Below the pieces are notes generated by a model. That model searched no databases, was not told the origin of the DNA, and saw only the letters and a program-made list of their open reading frames with translations. Position numbers and translations under genes: made by a program. DNA of 64,000 nt. Source: Schmidtea polychroa (lineage: Eukaryota). The DNA lies in assembly GCA_044892525.1 (NCBI GenBank), contig CM097885.1, positions 122,574,001-122,638,000 of the forward strand. Reading direction: 5' to 3'. Below, one piece after another: positions 53,301 to 62,456 of the stretch; position 1 is the first letter of the stretch; every line of letters begins with the position of its first letter.

Positions 53301-54906
53301 GAAGACCAAGAAGCCAATCACACCTCAATTTCAAACATGGATCAACCAATTAAGGTCTGGACATTGAAATGGAATATTGTAAAGGTGAAACGCATTCTAA
53401 TGCAAATGCACTATCGTGAACTGAATGCAATATGTACATACTATGTCAAACGATTCACGAAGAACTAAAAACAGGAAAACTAAAAACAAAGATTTTAGCA
53501 CGCATGTGTGATAAGATGGAAAATTGTGCCAACAAGATTCTAAAGAAATAGAAAAGATCAAAAAGATATACTAATCGGGAAAGAAACAAAATTGACAGAA
53601 AATAATGACATTATTCATTCAAGTAAAGATAAAATATTGATTCCATACGAACGAAAAGTAGAATTTGTTTTGTACACCAATAAAATTTTGTGTCATGTTG
53701 CACTAAATAAAGTCCACGAATATATTTTTAGGAAATTTGACATAAGAAACAGACAAGAATTTATTAAAGAAGTAGTCGGATCGTGTGAAAATTGTCAATA
53801 AAGAAAGGTTATGACTACACGAAAAAACAGAGAAACTAATTAAACCAACAGAGGTTTATTTATTCGAATCAATTTTATTGACTTTTGTGACCCAATAAAA
53901 AACTGCTAGGAGTGGAAAGAAGTATATTTTGACAATTAAAGACTAATTTAGTAAATATATTTCTTTATTTGGAGTTTCAGGGCAAGATGAAAAGACAGTT
54001 TCAACAATTATTAACGAAAAATGGATTTTGAAATTTGGTGCTCCAAGGATTATTCATTGTGATAGAGGAAAAGCATTTGAGTCAGCTTTATAAAAAGCAT
54101 TTGCAGAGAAACATGGGATTAATGTAGTATATTCAAATCTGTATAATCATTCAGCTAATGAACAAACTTAACAACAATTTAGAACTATTAGAGATGCCAA
54201 CCAAATTTCCTTTAAAAAAGAACGGGCAAAGAGTCGAAATACTTTCTGAAGTTGAATTTATGTTGAATGCAACAATTCAGAAATATACTCAGTTGAATCC
54301 TGCACAAATTGTTTTGGGAAAAAGATTGCCAGAGAATGGTATGAAAATGAAGAGCCATATAAACTACAATTATTAATGAAAAGCGTAAATCAGAAAGATT
54401 AACGTTACTAAAACGAATAAAAGGAAATAAGGACGATAAATTATATTTCAGTGAAGAAGAGCAAATCGAATTTTCAATGTCGGGGATGTTGTATTGGTAA
54501 AATGACTGTTTCGACCAGTCAGAGGGGGATTGCCTCTGGCTGGCGTTTATTTGGCTTTTTTCTATCGCGTCTGTGTGCGCGGTCTGGTTAGACCGATTCT
54601 TGTTGGTGTGCGCACACAGACGCGAGAAGTAGGTTTTGATTTTTTGTACAATGTGATTTATGAATTGATTTTTTAGGGTTTTAATAGAAATTCTGTAATT
54701 TTGGTGGAAATTAGATTTTGGTTTGATTTGTTTTAAACGGAATTATTGGTGGAGTTTTTAAATGGATATTTTGGAAGAAATAAGTTTGGTTTAAAATGGT
54801 TGGATTTTTTGAATGAAATTGGAATTTCGAAATTGGAATTAACATTTTGAAAAAGTTTAAAATGGAACGTGAAAGAATATCGAAATCGGAAATGGATCCA
54901 GAACCT

Positions 54907-55017
54907 GCAGATGCTTATGCGGAAAGTTGCATAAGCACAATTGGAGTTGACTTTGAAATCAGAACTACTGAATTAGATGATGAAACTATAAAATTGCAAA
55001 TATGGGACCCAGCTGGT
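54907..55017 (+). pseudogene. RAB1: Captured Rab1/Ypt1-type GTPase fragment (switch I to G3); duplicate at 58826-58936
   Basis: [37 protein letters not shown] versus the Rab1 consensus [38 protein letters not shown]. Lacks the P-loop and C-terminus. Confidence 0.9.
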
Positions 55018-55451
55018 CTATTCGAGATTAAATTAATTGGAGATGAATATTTCACTTTTATCACTGAATGTAAAGATCCCAAAGCATGCTCGATTTTGTT
55101 GAGAGGTAGCGCAAAGATGTTTTGAATGAAATTGAGAGAAATCTTGGCGATGCTATGTCAGTTGCTAGAAACGTTATGATGGAAAATACTCTCGTTCCTG
55201 GTGGAGGAGCATTGGAAATGGCTCTATCAACTCACTTGACTCTTAAAGCACAAAATATCGTTGGAGTACGACAAAACGCTTATCTGGCTGTTGCTAATGC
55301 GTTGGAAGTTATTCCAAGAACTTTGGCCCAGAATTGCGGTGCTAAGGTGTTGAGGTTGATTACGGAATTGAGAGCAAAGCACGCTAATAATCCGGCTAAT
55401 AATTGGAGTATCGGTGTTGATGGAGAGGAGGGAGTGATTGTCGACATGAAA
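55012..55451 (+). pseudogene. CCT3: Captured chaperonin TCP-1 gamma fragment with a 1-nt frameshift near 55110; duplicate at 58931-59370
   Basis: [32 protein letters not shown] / [58 protein letters not shown]. The IGDEYFTFI and CKDPKAC motifs are CCT3-diagnostic. Confidence 0.92.
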
Positions 55452-56771
55452 ATCAATCGTCGTATGATTTTTGCTGCTTTAAACTCTGACGGTGAAATGG
55501 AAATGACATTATTAAATAATAAAATTCTAATGCGTTATTCTGATCTGAAACATGGTAGCAGAGCGTGGTTCCGGCTAGCCAGCCGGAACAAGGTATTATT
55601 GATATTTTTTATTAATGATATTTGTATGTATTATATTTTATTTTCATGTGATAATTTTGAAACATTTCCCCTAGGGCCTGCCCTCCCTAACCCCATTAGA
55701 GGTGGATTGGCGCGGGTATTTGTCAAAATAATAACAGGGAAGACAATTACTCTCGAAGTTGAATCTAGTGACACGATAGAAAATGTTAAAGCGAAAATAC
55801 AAGATAAAGAGGGTAGTCCACCTGACCAGCAACGATTAATTTGCGCGGGAAAACAATTAGAAGATGAGCGAACATTATTTGATTATAATATTCAAAAGGA
55901 GTCTACTTTGCATTTAGTTTTGCGATTGAGGGGTGGAATGCAAATATTCGTGAAGACATTGACTGGAAAAACAATAACTTTGGAAGTAGAATCAAGTGAT
56001 ACTATTGAGAATGTAAAGGCTAAAATTCAAGAAAAAGAAGGGATACGCCCAGGGCGACAAAGACTTAATTTTGCCGGGAAAGTATTAAAAGATGGCTTAA
56101 CGTTATTAGATTATAACGTTAGGAAAGAAGCCACGGTACATCTGGTTTTGGGTCTGGCAGGGGGAAGACCAGTATCAGATGCGGAGTTCGAGGCAGGTTA
56201 CAAGAGACGAACCGGGTGGAAGATTTCGTTAGGGCGTCTAAGTAACCGGGCCTTAGGAGATGGATCGGACCCTGGGGAAGATCAAAGGAGAATGGAGGCA
56301 TACGAAGATAAGTATGAGGAAGTGATAAACGAATTTGAGGAGCTGAGGAATAATACTCGGGAGTTAGGGCGGGAGAAAGAAGAAAAGGAAATTGAGGCAG
56401 ATCTGAAACGGTTAGAAGCGGACTTCAGCAGAATCGGTGATCTGGTCCTCACGCAGAAGGAAGAGAGTTTTAGAGTGGAGTCGCGGAAGGGCACAGAAAA
56501 ATCATTTAGGAGCGAAGAGCCCAATGAGAAACAGAAGTGCATAATGGGTTTGAAACCCTTGCAGCTGCCGATCTTTAATGGAAAGGTAATGGAATATCCT
56601 GGATGGAGGGCAATTGTGAGAGCCAGCATCGAGGACACGGATGAGCCGAGTGAGAGAAAGTACTTGTACCTGAGACAGTACTTGGAAGGGAAGCCGCTGC
56701 AATTAATTGCCTATATTGGATATGGCTCGCAGGCTTTCGAGGCGGCGATGAAATTACTTGATGAAAGGTAA
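55122..56771 (+). CDS. Chimeric ORF: CCT3 fragment - linker - ubiquitin 1 (55716-55937) - ubiquitin 2 (55938-56165) - coiled coil - BEL/Pao-type Gag (DUF1759-like from ~56550); Gag continues in the same frame after TAA 56769-56771 to ~57100
   Basis: Ub1 [33 protein letters not shown]...LRLRGG. Ub2 [11 protein letters not shown]...LVLGLAGG. Gag [47 protein letters not shown]. First in-frame ATG at 55155. Expression unknown. Confidence 0.8.
   Translation: MNEIERNLGDAMSVARNVMMENTLVPGGGALEMALSTHLTLKAQNIVGVRQNAYLAVANALEVIPRTLAQNCGAKVLRLITELRAKHANNPANNWSIGVDGEEGVIVDMKINRRMIFAALNSDGEMEMTLLNNKILMRYSDLKHGSRAWFRLASRNKVLLIFFINDICMYYILFSCDNFETFPLGPALPNPIRGGLARVFVKIITGKTITLEVESSDTIENVKAKIQDKEGSPPDQQRLICAGKQLEDERTLFDYNIQKESTLHLVLRLRGGMQIFVKTLTGKTITLEVESSDTIENVKAKIQEKEGIRPGRQRLNFAGKVLKDGLTLLDYNVRKEATVHLVLGLAGGRPVSDAEFEAGYKRRTGWKISLGRLSNRALGDGSDPGEDQRRMEAYEDKYEEVINEFEELRNNTRELGREKEEKEIEADLKRLEADFSRIGDLVLTQKEESFRVESRKGTEKSFRSEEPNEKQKCIMGLKPLQLPIFNGKVMEYPGWRAIVRASIEDTDEPSERKYLYLRQYLEGKPLQLIAYIGYGSQAFEAAMKLLDER
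55553..55570 (+). other. Primer-binding site complementary to the 3' end of initiator tRNA-Met
   Basis: TGGTAGCAGAGCGTGGTT directly after the 5' LTR. TGGTAGCAGAG is the reverse complement of the conserved iMet 3' end CUCUGCUACCA. Confidence 0.85.
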
Positions 56772-57169
56772 GGGGGACCAGAAAGATCCTATTCCATGAT
56801 GCTGGATGCGGCGCAGAGGTTCTTCCCAGTGAGGCTCAACGTCTTGGAGGACCTAGAGCGGTTTGTAGAGCTTCTAGGAAACCTCATCCTGAATTTCAAG
56901 GATCAGAAGAGGGAAGGCGAGTTGAACAACGGAATGTTGTATCACCAACTGCTGAAGAAGCTGCCAGAGACCATGCTGATTCAGTGGTCACGCCATTGTG
57001 ATTCGGGAAGAGAGGGAAATGTACAAACGCTAGCCAAGTGGATCAAAACAGAAGCCGATAGGCATCGAAAAGCCTTGAATATATTGTTTGGGGAGAGAAC
57101 TCCAGGGAGTAGGAAGGATGTGGGGACATTGAAAAAGTTCACAAACTTCATGGAGAGAAAACCAATTGC

Positions 57170-58384
57170 AAGAAATCAAGCTTCAAGATGTTCGCATTTG
57201 GCTCAGAGTTATTTTGCAGTAACGGAAATGTTAAATGACGAGTTACATGCAGTTCGGGGAATTGAAGGCACAAAACTCGACAGGAGTAAGTCATCTAATG
57301 AAGAGCAAGGAGCTCAGAGTCATTTAGATAGGCAAATACCCAATTCTGGGGATACTAACGAATTAATTAACGGCATTGCAATCAGACAAAATTTCTTTGA
57401 GAATAACGAAATAGATTCCATAGATGTAATAAATCCTTCCGATTCAAAAAATGATTCAGATATCGAAAGTAATGAAGATGAAAATGACGAAGAAATGGAT
57501 TATATTAAAGAATGTGATGAAAATGATGAAACACATGAAAACAAAAATGCTAGCGAAGATGGAGAGAGTGAAAGCAATGAATGTGATAAGTCACAATCTA
57601 ACGATATTATAAATCAAGATGAAATAGAGCAAAATCGAGTCAATGAGAACGAGAATAATTATGCTGAATTTGTAAAAATAATACGGAACTATTAGATAAA
57701 GATGTTGATAAAGGAGACCAAGTTACAGCAGATGAATTAGAAAATATTGTCAAAAGTCACAATCAAGAAGAAAATTTTGAAAGTAAACATAATGAAACTG
57801 AAGTAGATGTGTCAGACAAGAATGAAAATCATAATAGTCATGTAGGCACAGATGTTGTCGACATTAATGTTATCGAAAGACCGAATTCTTGGGTAGTAGA
57901 TAATTTTCAAAACATGGAAGACGTAGTTAATGTTCAAGCGGATTCTGCTGCCTCAGAAAATCGTTTAGAAACTGATCGAATTATGCCAGATTCTGAGAGC
58001 AATGACAGTGATCTTAGAGTCGATATTGGTAAAGATCATACATCCGACACAGCGAAAGATTCTGAACAAAATACATTCACTCAACCAACGTCTGCTTTAG
58101 ATGATATCCTTGAAGACTATTCACCTGGTTCCCCTTCATTAAATGAAATGCAACAGGGAAAAGTGGGGACTATTGAATTGGCGAAACATGCAGGAAGGTT
58201 AATGGAGATATTGCAGCGAAACAGAATGAAAAGTGGCAGGGGCTTGGTCGAGTATGGCGATGGTGGGAGGAGAATCCACCATGATGTATCCAGAAAGGTG
58301 CGTGGTGCGGCGGCCTATACCATAGCCAGATGGGTGTGTGAGAGGTATTGGAGAGAGGCCAAAAGAAAGGTTCCCCTGAAGTAA
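57170..58384 (+). CDS. D/E/N/S-rich low-complexity ORF occupying the pol position, with a probable frameshift at ~57675-57695
   Basis: ORFs 56796-57695 and 57809-58384. The acidic composition continues across the frame change. No catalytic motifs. Confidence 0.5.
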
Positions 58385-58402
58385 TTGGTGATTGATCCGC
58401 TA

Positions 58403-58425
58403 GAAGGGATCAAGGAGGGGGGAAA
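58403..58425 (+). other. Polypurine tract
   Basis: GAAGGGATCAAGGAGGGGGGAAA abutting the 3' LTR TG. Confidence 0.85.
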
Positions 58426-59471
58426 TGTTTCGACCAGTCAGAGGGGGATTGCCTCTGGCTGGCGTTTATTTGGCTTTTTTCTATCGCGTCTGTGTGCGCG
58501 GTCTGGTTAGACCGATTCTTGTTGGTGTGCGCACACAGACGCGAGAAGTAGGTTTTGATTTTTTGTACAATGTGATTTATGAATTGATTTTTTAGGGTTT
58601 TAATAGAAATTCTGTAATTTTGGTGGAAATTAGATTTTGGTTTGATTTGTTTTAAACGGAATTATTGGTGGGGTTTTTAAATGGATATTTTGGAAGAAAT
58701 AAGTTTGGTTTAAAATGGTTGGATTTTTTGAATGAAATTGGAATTTCGAAATTGGAATTAACATTTTGAAAAAGTTTAAAATGGAACGTGAAAGAATATC
58801 GAAATCGGAAATGGATCCAGAACCTGCAGATGCTTATGCGGAAAGTTGCATAAGCACAATTGGAGTTGACTTTGAAATCAGAACTACTGAATTAGATGAT
58901 GAAACTATAAAATTGCAAATATGGGACCCAGCTGGTCTATTCGAGATTAAATTAATTGGAGATGAATATTTCACTTTTATCACTGAATGTAAAGATCCCA
59001 AAGCATGCTCGATTTTGTTGAGAGGCAGCGCAAAGATGTTTTGAATGAAATTGAGAGAAATCCTGGCGATGCTATGTCAGTTGCTAGAAACGTTATGATG
59101 GAAAATACTCTCGTTCCTGGTGGAGGAGCATTGGAAATGGCTCTATCAACTCACTTGACTCTTAAAGCACAAAATATCGTTGGAGTACGACAAAACGCTT
59201 ATCTGGCTGTTGCTAATGCGTTGGAAGTTATTCCAAGAACTTTGGCCCAGAATTGCGGTGCTAAGGTGTTGAGGTTGATTACGGAATTGAGAGCAAAGCA
59301 CGCTAATAATCCGGCTAATAATTGGAGTATCGGTGTTGATGGAGAGGAGGGAGTGATTGTCGACATGAAAATCAATCGTCGTATGATTTTTGCTGCTTTA
59401 AACTCTGACGGTGAAATGGAAATGACATTATTAAATAATAAAATTCTAATGCGTTATTCTGATCTGAAACA
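58426..59471 (+). repeat. 3' LTR (1,046 bp) with the second copy of the Rab1/CCT3 fragments
   Basis: Direct repeat of 54507-55552, followed by TSD ATGAC. Confidence 0.95.
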
Positions 59472-60003
59472 ATGACATATGGCAAATAAAAATGAAGACA
59501 TATTTCAGGTTCCAGATAAAATAATAAAGAAGTTACTTGACAGAAGTTTCAATATCGAATTTCAGAATTGAAAATGTAAAATTAGAAATGTGGAATAGAT
59601 CAAACTAGGTTTTATCAGTTTTTAAAAACCGGTTTTTTTAGAAATAAAGATCAGTTTTAAATGTATGCATAACATTAATGTATTTATACAAGGCCGGATT
59701 AAGCAATTTTAGTGCCCAAGGAAAAGCCCACGTGGGCGGCCCCTAATCTTTCACTGACCGTAACCGTTGGTACGTTCAATATTTTTTCGTTAGAGTCAGG
59801 ATTATAGCATGGTGAGTCCTCATGGTCCGCATTTCAGTCATTACCATTTACCCGTAGTTTTTAAAATTTTTAATGCGCTTAATTTTTCAGCATACAAGAT
59901 TGTACCAAATAATTTATACCAATTTATACCCACATATTATCTGCCACTCCGAGATCAGCATGTGTGTAATTATGAAAATATTTGATTGTTTGTGCATGCA
60001 CAC

Positions 60004-60450
60004 ACCAAACACCACTGAGATACATTCTCTATAGTGGTGGTTAGTGTGTAAAGCAATTTACTCACCAATTTATTTACCAATTAATCATCTTTATCAATTT
60101 ACATTTACTGATTTCCTCATCATGAATGTATTTTGGAAATTTATTTTAGACATTTTAGAAAAGACTTTCAGGTAAGATATTTAATTTTAAGTAAACTTTA
60201 AGGCTTGAATTTTCATTAAAAATATATTTTTAAAAATTTTCAGCGATCTTATTTTATCTAAAAGTTGTCTGAAATAAAGTTATTATAGAAACGTATCTCA
60301 GCGATGCATTTCTACAAATCAAAAGTTTGTGTGTTTTTAGTATATGTTGTGCTTGTGTGCAGTTATTATATTTTTTCCACTTTTCAGATTTCTATAGTAT
60401 AAGATGTATCTCACTGAACTATAAATGAGAAATTCAACGTGAAATCAAAA
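60004..60450 (+). repeat. Dispersed repeat: uninterrupted copy of the Tc1-like 5' region that is split at 9410-11180
   Basis: ACCAAACACCACTGAGATAC..TCTATAGTGGTGG and GAAACGTATCTCAGCG..GTATAAGATGTATCTCA are shared in reverse complement with 11030-11180 and 9410-9620. Confidence 0.75.
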
Positions 60451-60456
60451 TATGTT

Positions 60457-62456
60457 CATGGGCGTCCGGAAGGGGGAGAACCTGCCCCCCCCCACTGGAT
60501 TTTCCAAACCATTCTATTTTTCGATTATTTGTTCCGCTATGCTTGGTTAAGCTACTACTCATCCTGGCTGAGTTATTCAGTTCGTTTAAAAGGAGCATTT
60601 TACATACTTTTTCCCCAGCCAATAAATCGTGGTTTTCAAGGTGCCTTTTATCACAGGGCCTTTTACGAAATATAAATATTTTTATAAAAGTACCAAAAGT
60701 CACCAATGAAGTGCGTGGCATAAAAATGCATTGGTTTGAGCTGCAAAGTTCTTGCAATTAGGGGAAAAGCCAGAATTGAACATTGTTTGTCTAATGGACA
60801 GTGCTCTAATGCGTCAAGTAGAAGAAAATAGGAAAAAATTGGATCCGATTTTATAAAGTATTTTGTTCTGTGGAGCAACTGACATAGCATTGAGAGGAAA
60901 AACAAGTGCAAGTGCAAATCCGCAAAGCCTCTACGATTTCAGGATTGAAGCTGTAGAAGAAGTACTCAAAAATCATTTGGAAACTTCACCAGCCAATGCA
61001 AGATACACATATGTGCGTGTAGAATATGAACTAATCAAGTTGACTGAAGAAGCCATAAGGGAAGAAATTGTTTCAATGGCCAATAAATCCATTGAATTTT
61101 CAATCATTGGAGATGAGAGTGCTGACATATCTGGAAAAGAACGAATTTCCATAGGAATTCGTTTTGTGAATTCTTTTAGCACATAAACTGTTATTCATGA
61201 AGAATTCCTTGGATTTGCAAAACTGGATCATTTTGAAGCTACATCCATAGCTGATAAAATCATTGATCAGTGCACAAAATTTGGATTAAACCTTGACAAA
61301 ATGTATGGCCAAGGCTAGGCAAAGAAGGTGGCGTTCAGGCAAAAATTAGGAGCAAATACCCTAAAGCTGTTTTTGTGCATTGTGCATCACATCGACTTAA
61401 TCTTGTGATCAATGATCTCAATGCTGTACCAAATGTTAGGAATACAATAGGAACAATTAAGAGCATCATTAGATTTTTTTGAGAAAACCCAAAGATAAGA
61501 AGTCTGATTCCAAATGTTCCCATGCTTTGTGAAACACGTTGGTCTGCAAAATACAAAAGCATCAGACTTTTTGCTGCAAGTTTTGAAGACATTTTTGATC
61601 AGCTGAGTTACAGTGTGCTTCAAGTACAACAAGTATTCTAATTTGTCTTCAAATCATCACTTACTACTCCTCAAAATTAGAGTCAGTAGCACAAGCCCTA
61701 CAATCAACACAATTAAACATTCTGAAAGTTTTTGACCACGTCCAAGAGCTCCTAAAAATTTTCCACACTCAGACAAAATGCCGACGAGTTTTTTAAGACC
61801 ACTATTTCTCAAAGTGAGAAATTGGCAGAACAATTAAACATCCAGTTTAAGAGGCAAACACACCGTTCGAATAATGGTGGTTCAACTGTTGAAGAATACT
61901 TTCGAAGATCTTCCTTTATAACATAATTGGATTCAATCATCTCATCGTTGGAGAGCAGATTCAAATGACAATAACAAAATAAATTTTAGTCTTTTTTCAC
62001 TTCACCCAGTGCAAATGTTGAAACTTTCAAAAGATGAATTCAAAACTCACACAGAAAACATCATAATGGAGTATCAAATTGAAAACTTTGTTGCTGAGGC
62101 AAGAACTTGGTTTGAGATATGGTCAAATAAAAAATCGGATTTTGAAATCAAAAGTCGCGATGAAATGATGGATTTATTACAATTCACAGACCTTTTTCCA
62201 GCTATTAAGAAAGTAGTTCTTATTGCTTTAACTTTGCCAGTGTCAACTTGCACGATTGAAAGACCATTTAGCACACAGAAGAGTCAAAACGTCGCTAAGG
62301 TCAAAAATGTGTAAAAATAGACTTTCTGGACTTTGCTTGATGAGTGTTCATCGTGACAGAATCAATGACAGTAAGAAAAAGCGAAAAATAATGGACAAAT
62401 TGATCAATAAATTTGGTCAAGATCACAGACGTTTGCAGTTTCTTTTCAAAAAGTAA
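60457..62456 (+). mobile_element. Decayed hAT (Tip100/ZMYM1-like, DUF4371 plus hAT dimerisation domain) transposon
   Basis: Left end CATGGGCGTCCGGAAGGG. Motifs FCGATDIALRG, FSIIGDESADISGKERISIGIRFV, VFVHCASHRLNL, CETRWS, TLPVSTCTIERPFS and RLSGLCLMSVH. Stops and frameshifts. Right TIR not found. Confidence 0.85.

Larger units (their letters stand above)
54507..55552 (+). repeat. 5' LTR (1,046 bp) containing Rab1 and CCT3 fragments; AATAAA at 55518-55523
   Basis: Direct repeat of 58426-59471. Three transitions found by eye (GGAG/GGGG, GGTAGC/GGCAGC, CTTGGC/CCTGGC). Confidence 0.95.
54507..59471 (+). mobile_element. Young non-autonomous LTR retroelement with BEL/Pao-like gag and captured cellular gene fragments
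   Basis: LTRs 54507-55552 and 58426-59471 (1,046 bp each, TGTT...AACA). TSD ATGAC at 54502-54506 and 59472-59476. PBS at 55553, PPT before 58426. No RT, RNase H or integrase core motifs inside. Confidence 0.95.
50560..59600 (+). mobile_element. Old, pseudogenised Ty3/Gypsy LTR retrotransposon (gag-PR-RT-RH-IN), split at 54502-54506 by the younger element; outer boundaries approximate
   Basis: Zinc knuckles (~51282-51375), protease LLDTRAMISVI, RT NSPLVCVKKK/LDYRALN/YLDDILIFS, RNase H TDASFNRIRAVLSQ/RKELLAI, and integrase H..C..C and FGAPRIIHCDRG. IFNVGDVVLVK lies just before the insertion and an apparent continuation follows 59476. Many stops and frameshifts. Own LTRs not recognised. Confidence 0.88.

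Noticed and set aside
55100-55125. Programmed ribosomal frameshift joining the two CCT3 pieces
   Set aside because: No slippery heptamer is visible. A simple 1-nt loss shared by both LTRs is sufficient.
54847-55552. Functional Rab1 or CCT3 genes
   Set aside because: Both are internal fragments with substitutions at conserved sites and a frameshift, and they are embedded in LTRs.
55553-55570. tRNA gene
   Set aside because: Only 18 nt complementary to a tRNA 3' end with no cloverleaf; it is a PBS. No tRNA or rRNA genes were recognised in the window.
55716-56165. Host polyubiquitin locus
   Set aside because: Ub1 lacks Met, both units are diverged from the near-invariant consensus, and they are fused to Gag inside an LTR element.
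54507-59471. The 1-kb direct repeat as an assembly artefact or tandem segmental duplication
   Set aside because: TG..CA termini, an exact 5-bp TSD, a PBS and a PPT in the right places, plus three independent differences between the copies, fit an LTR element.
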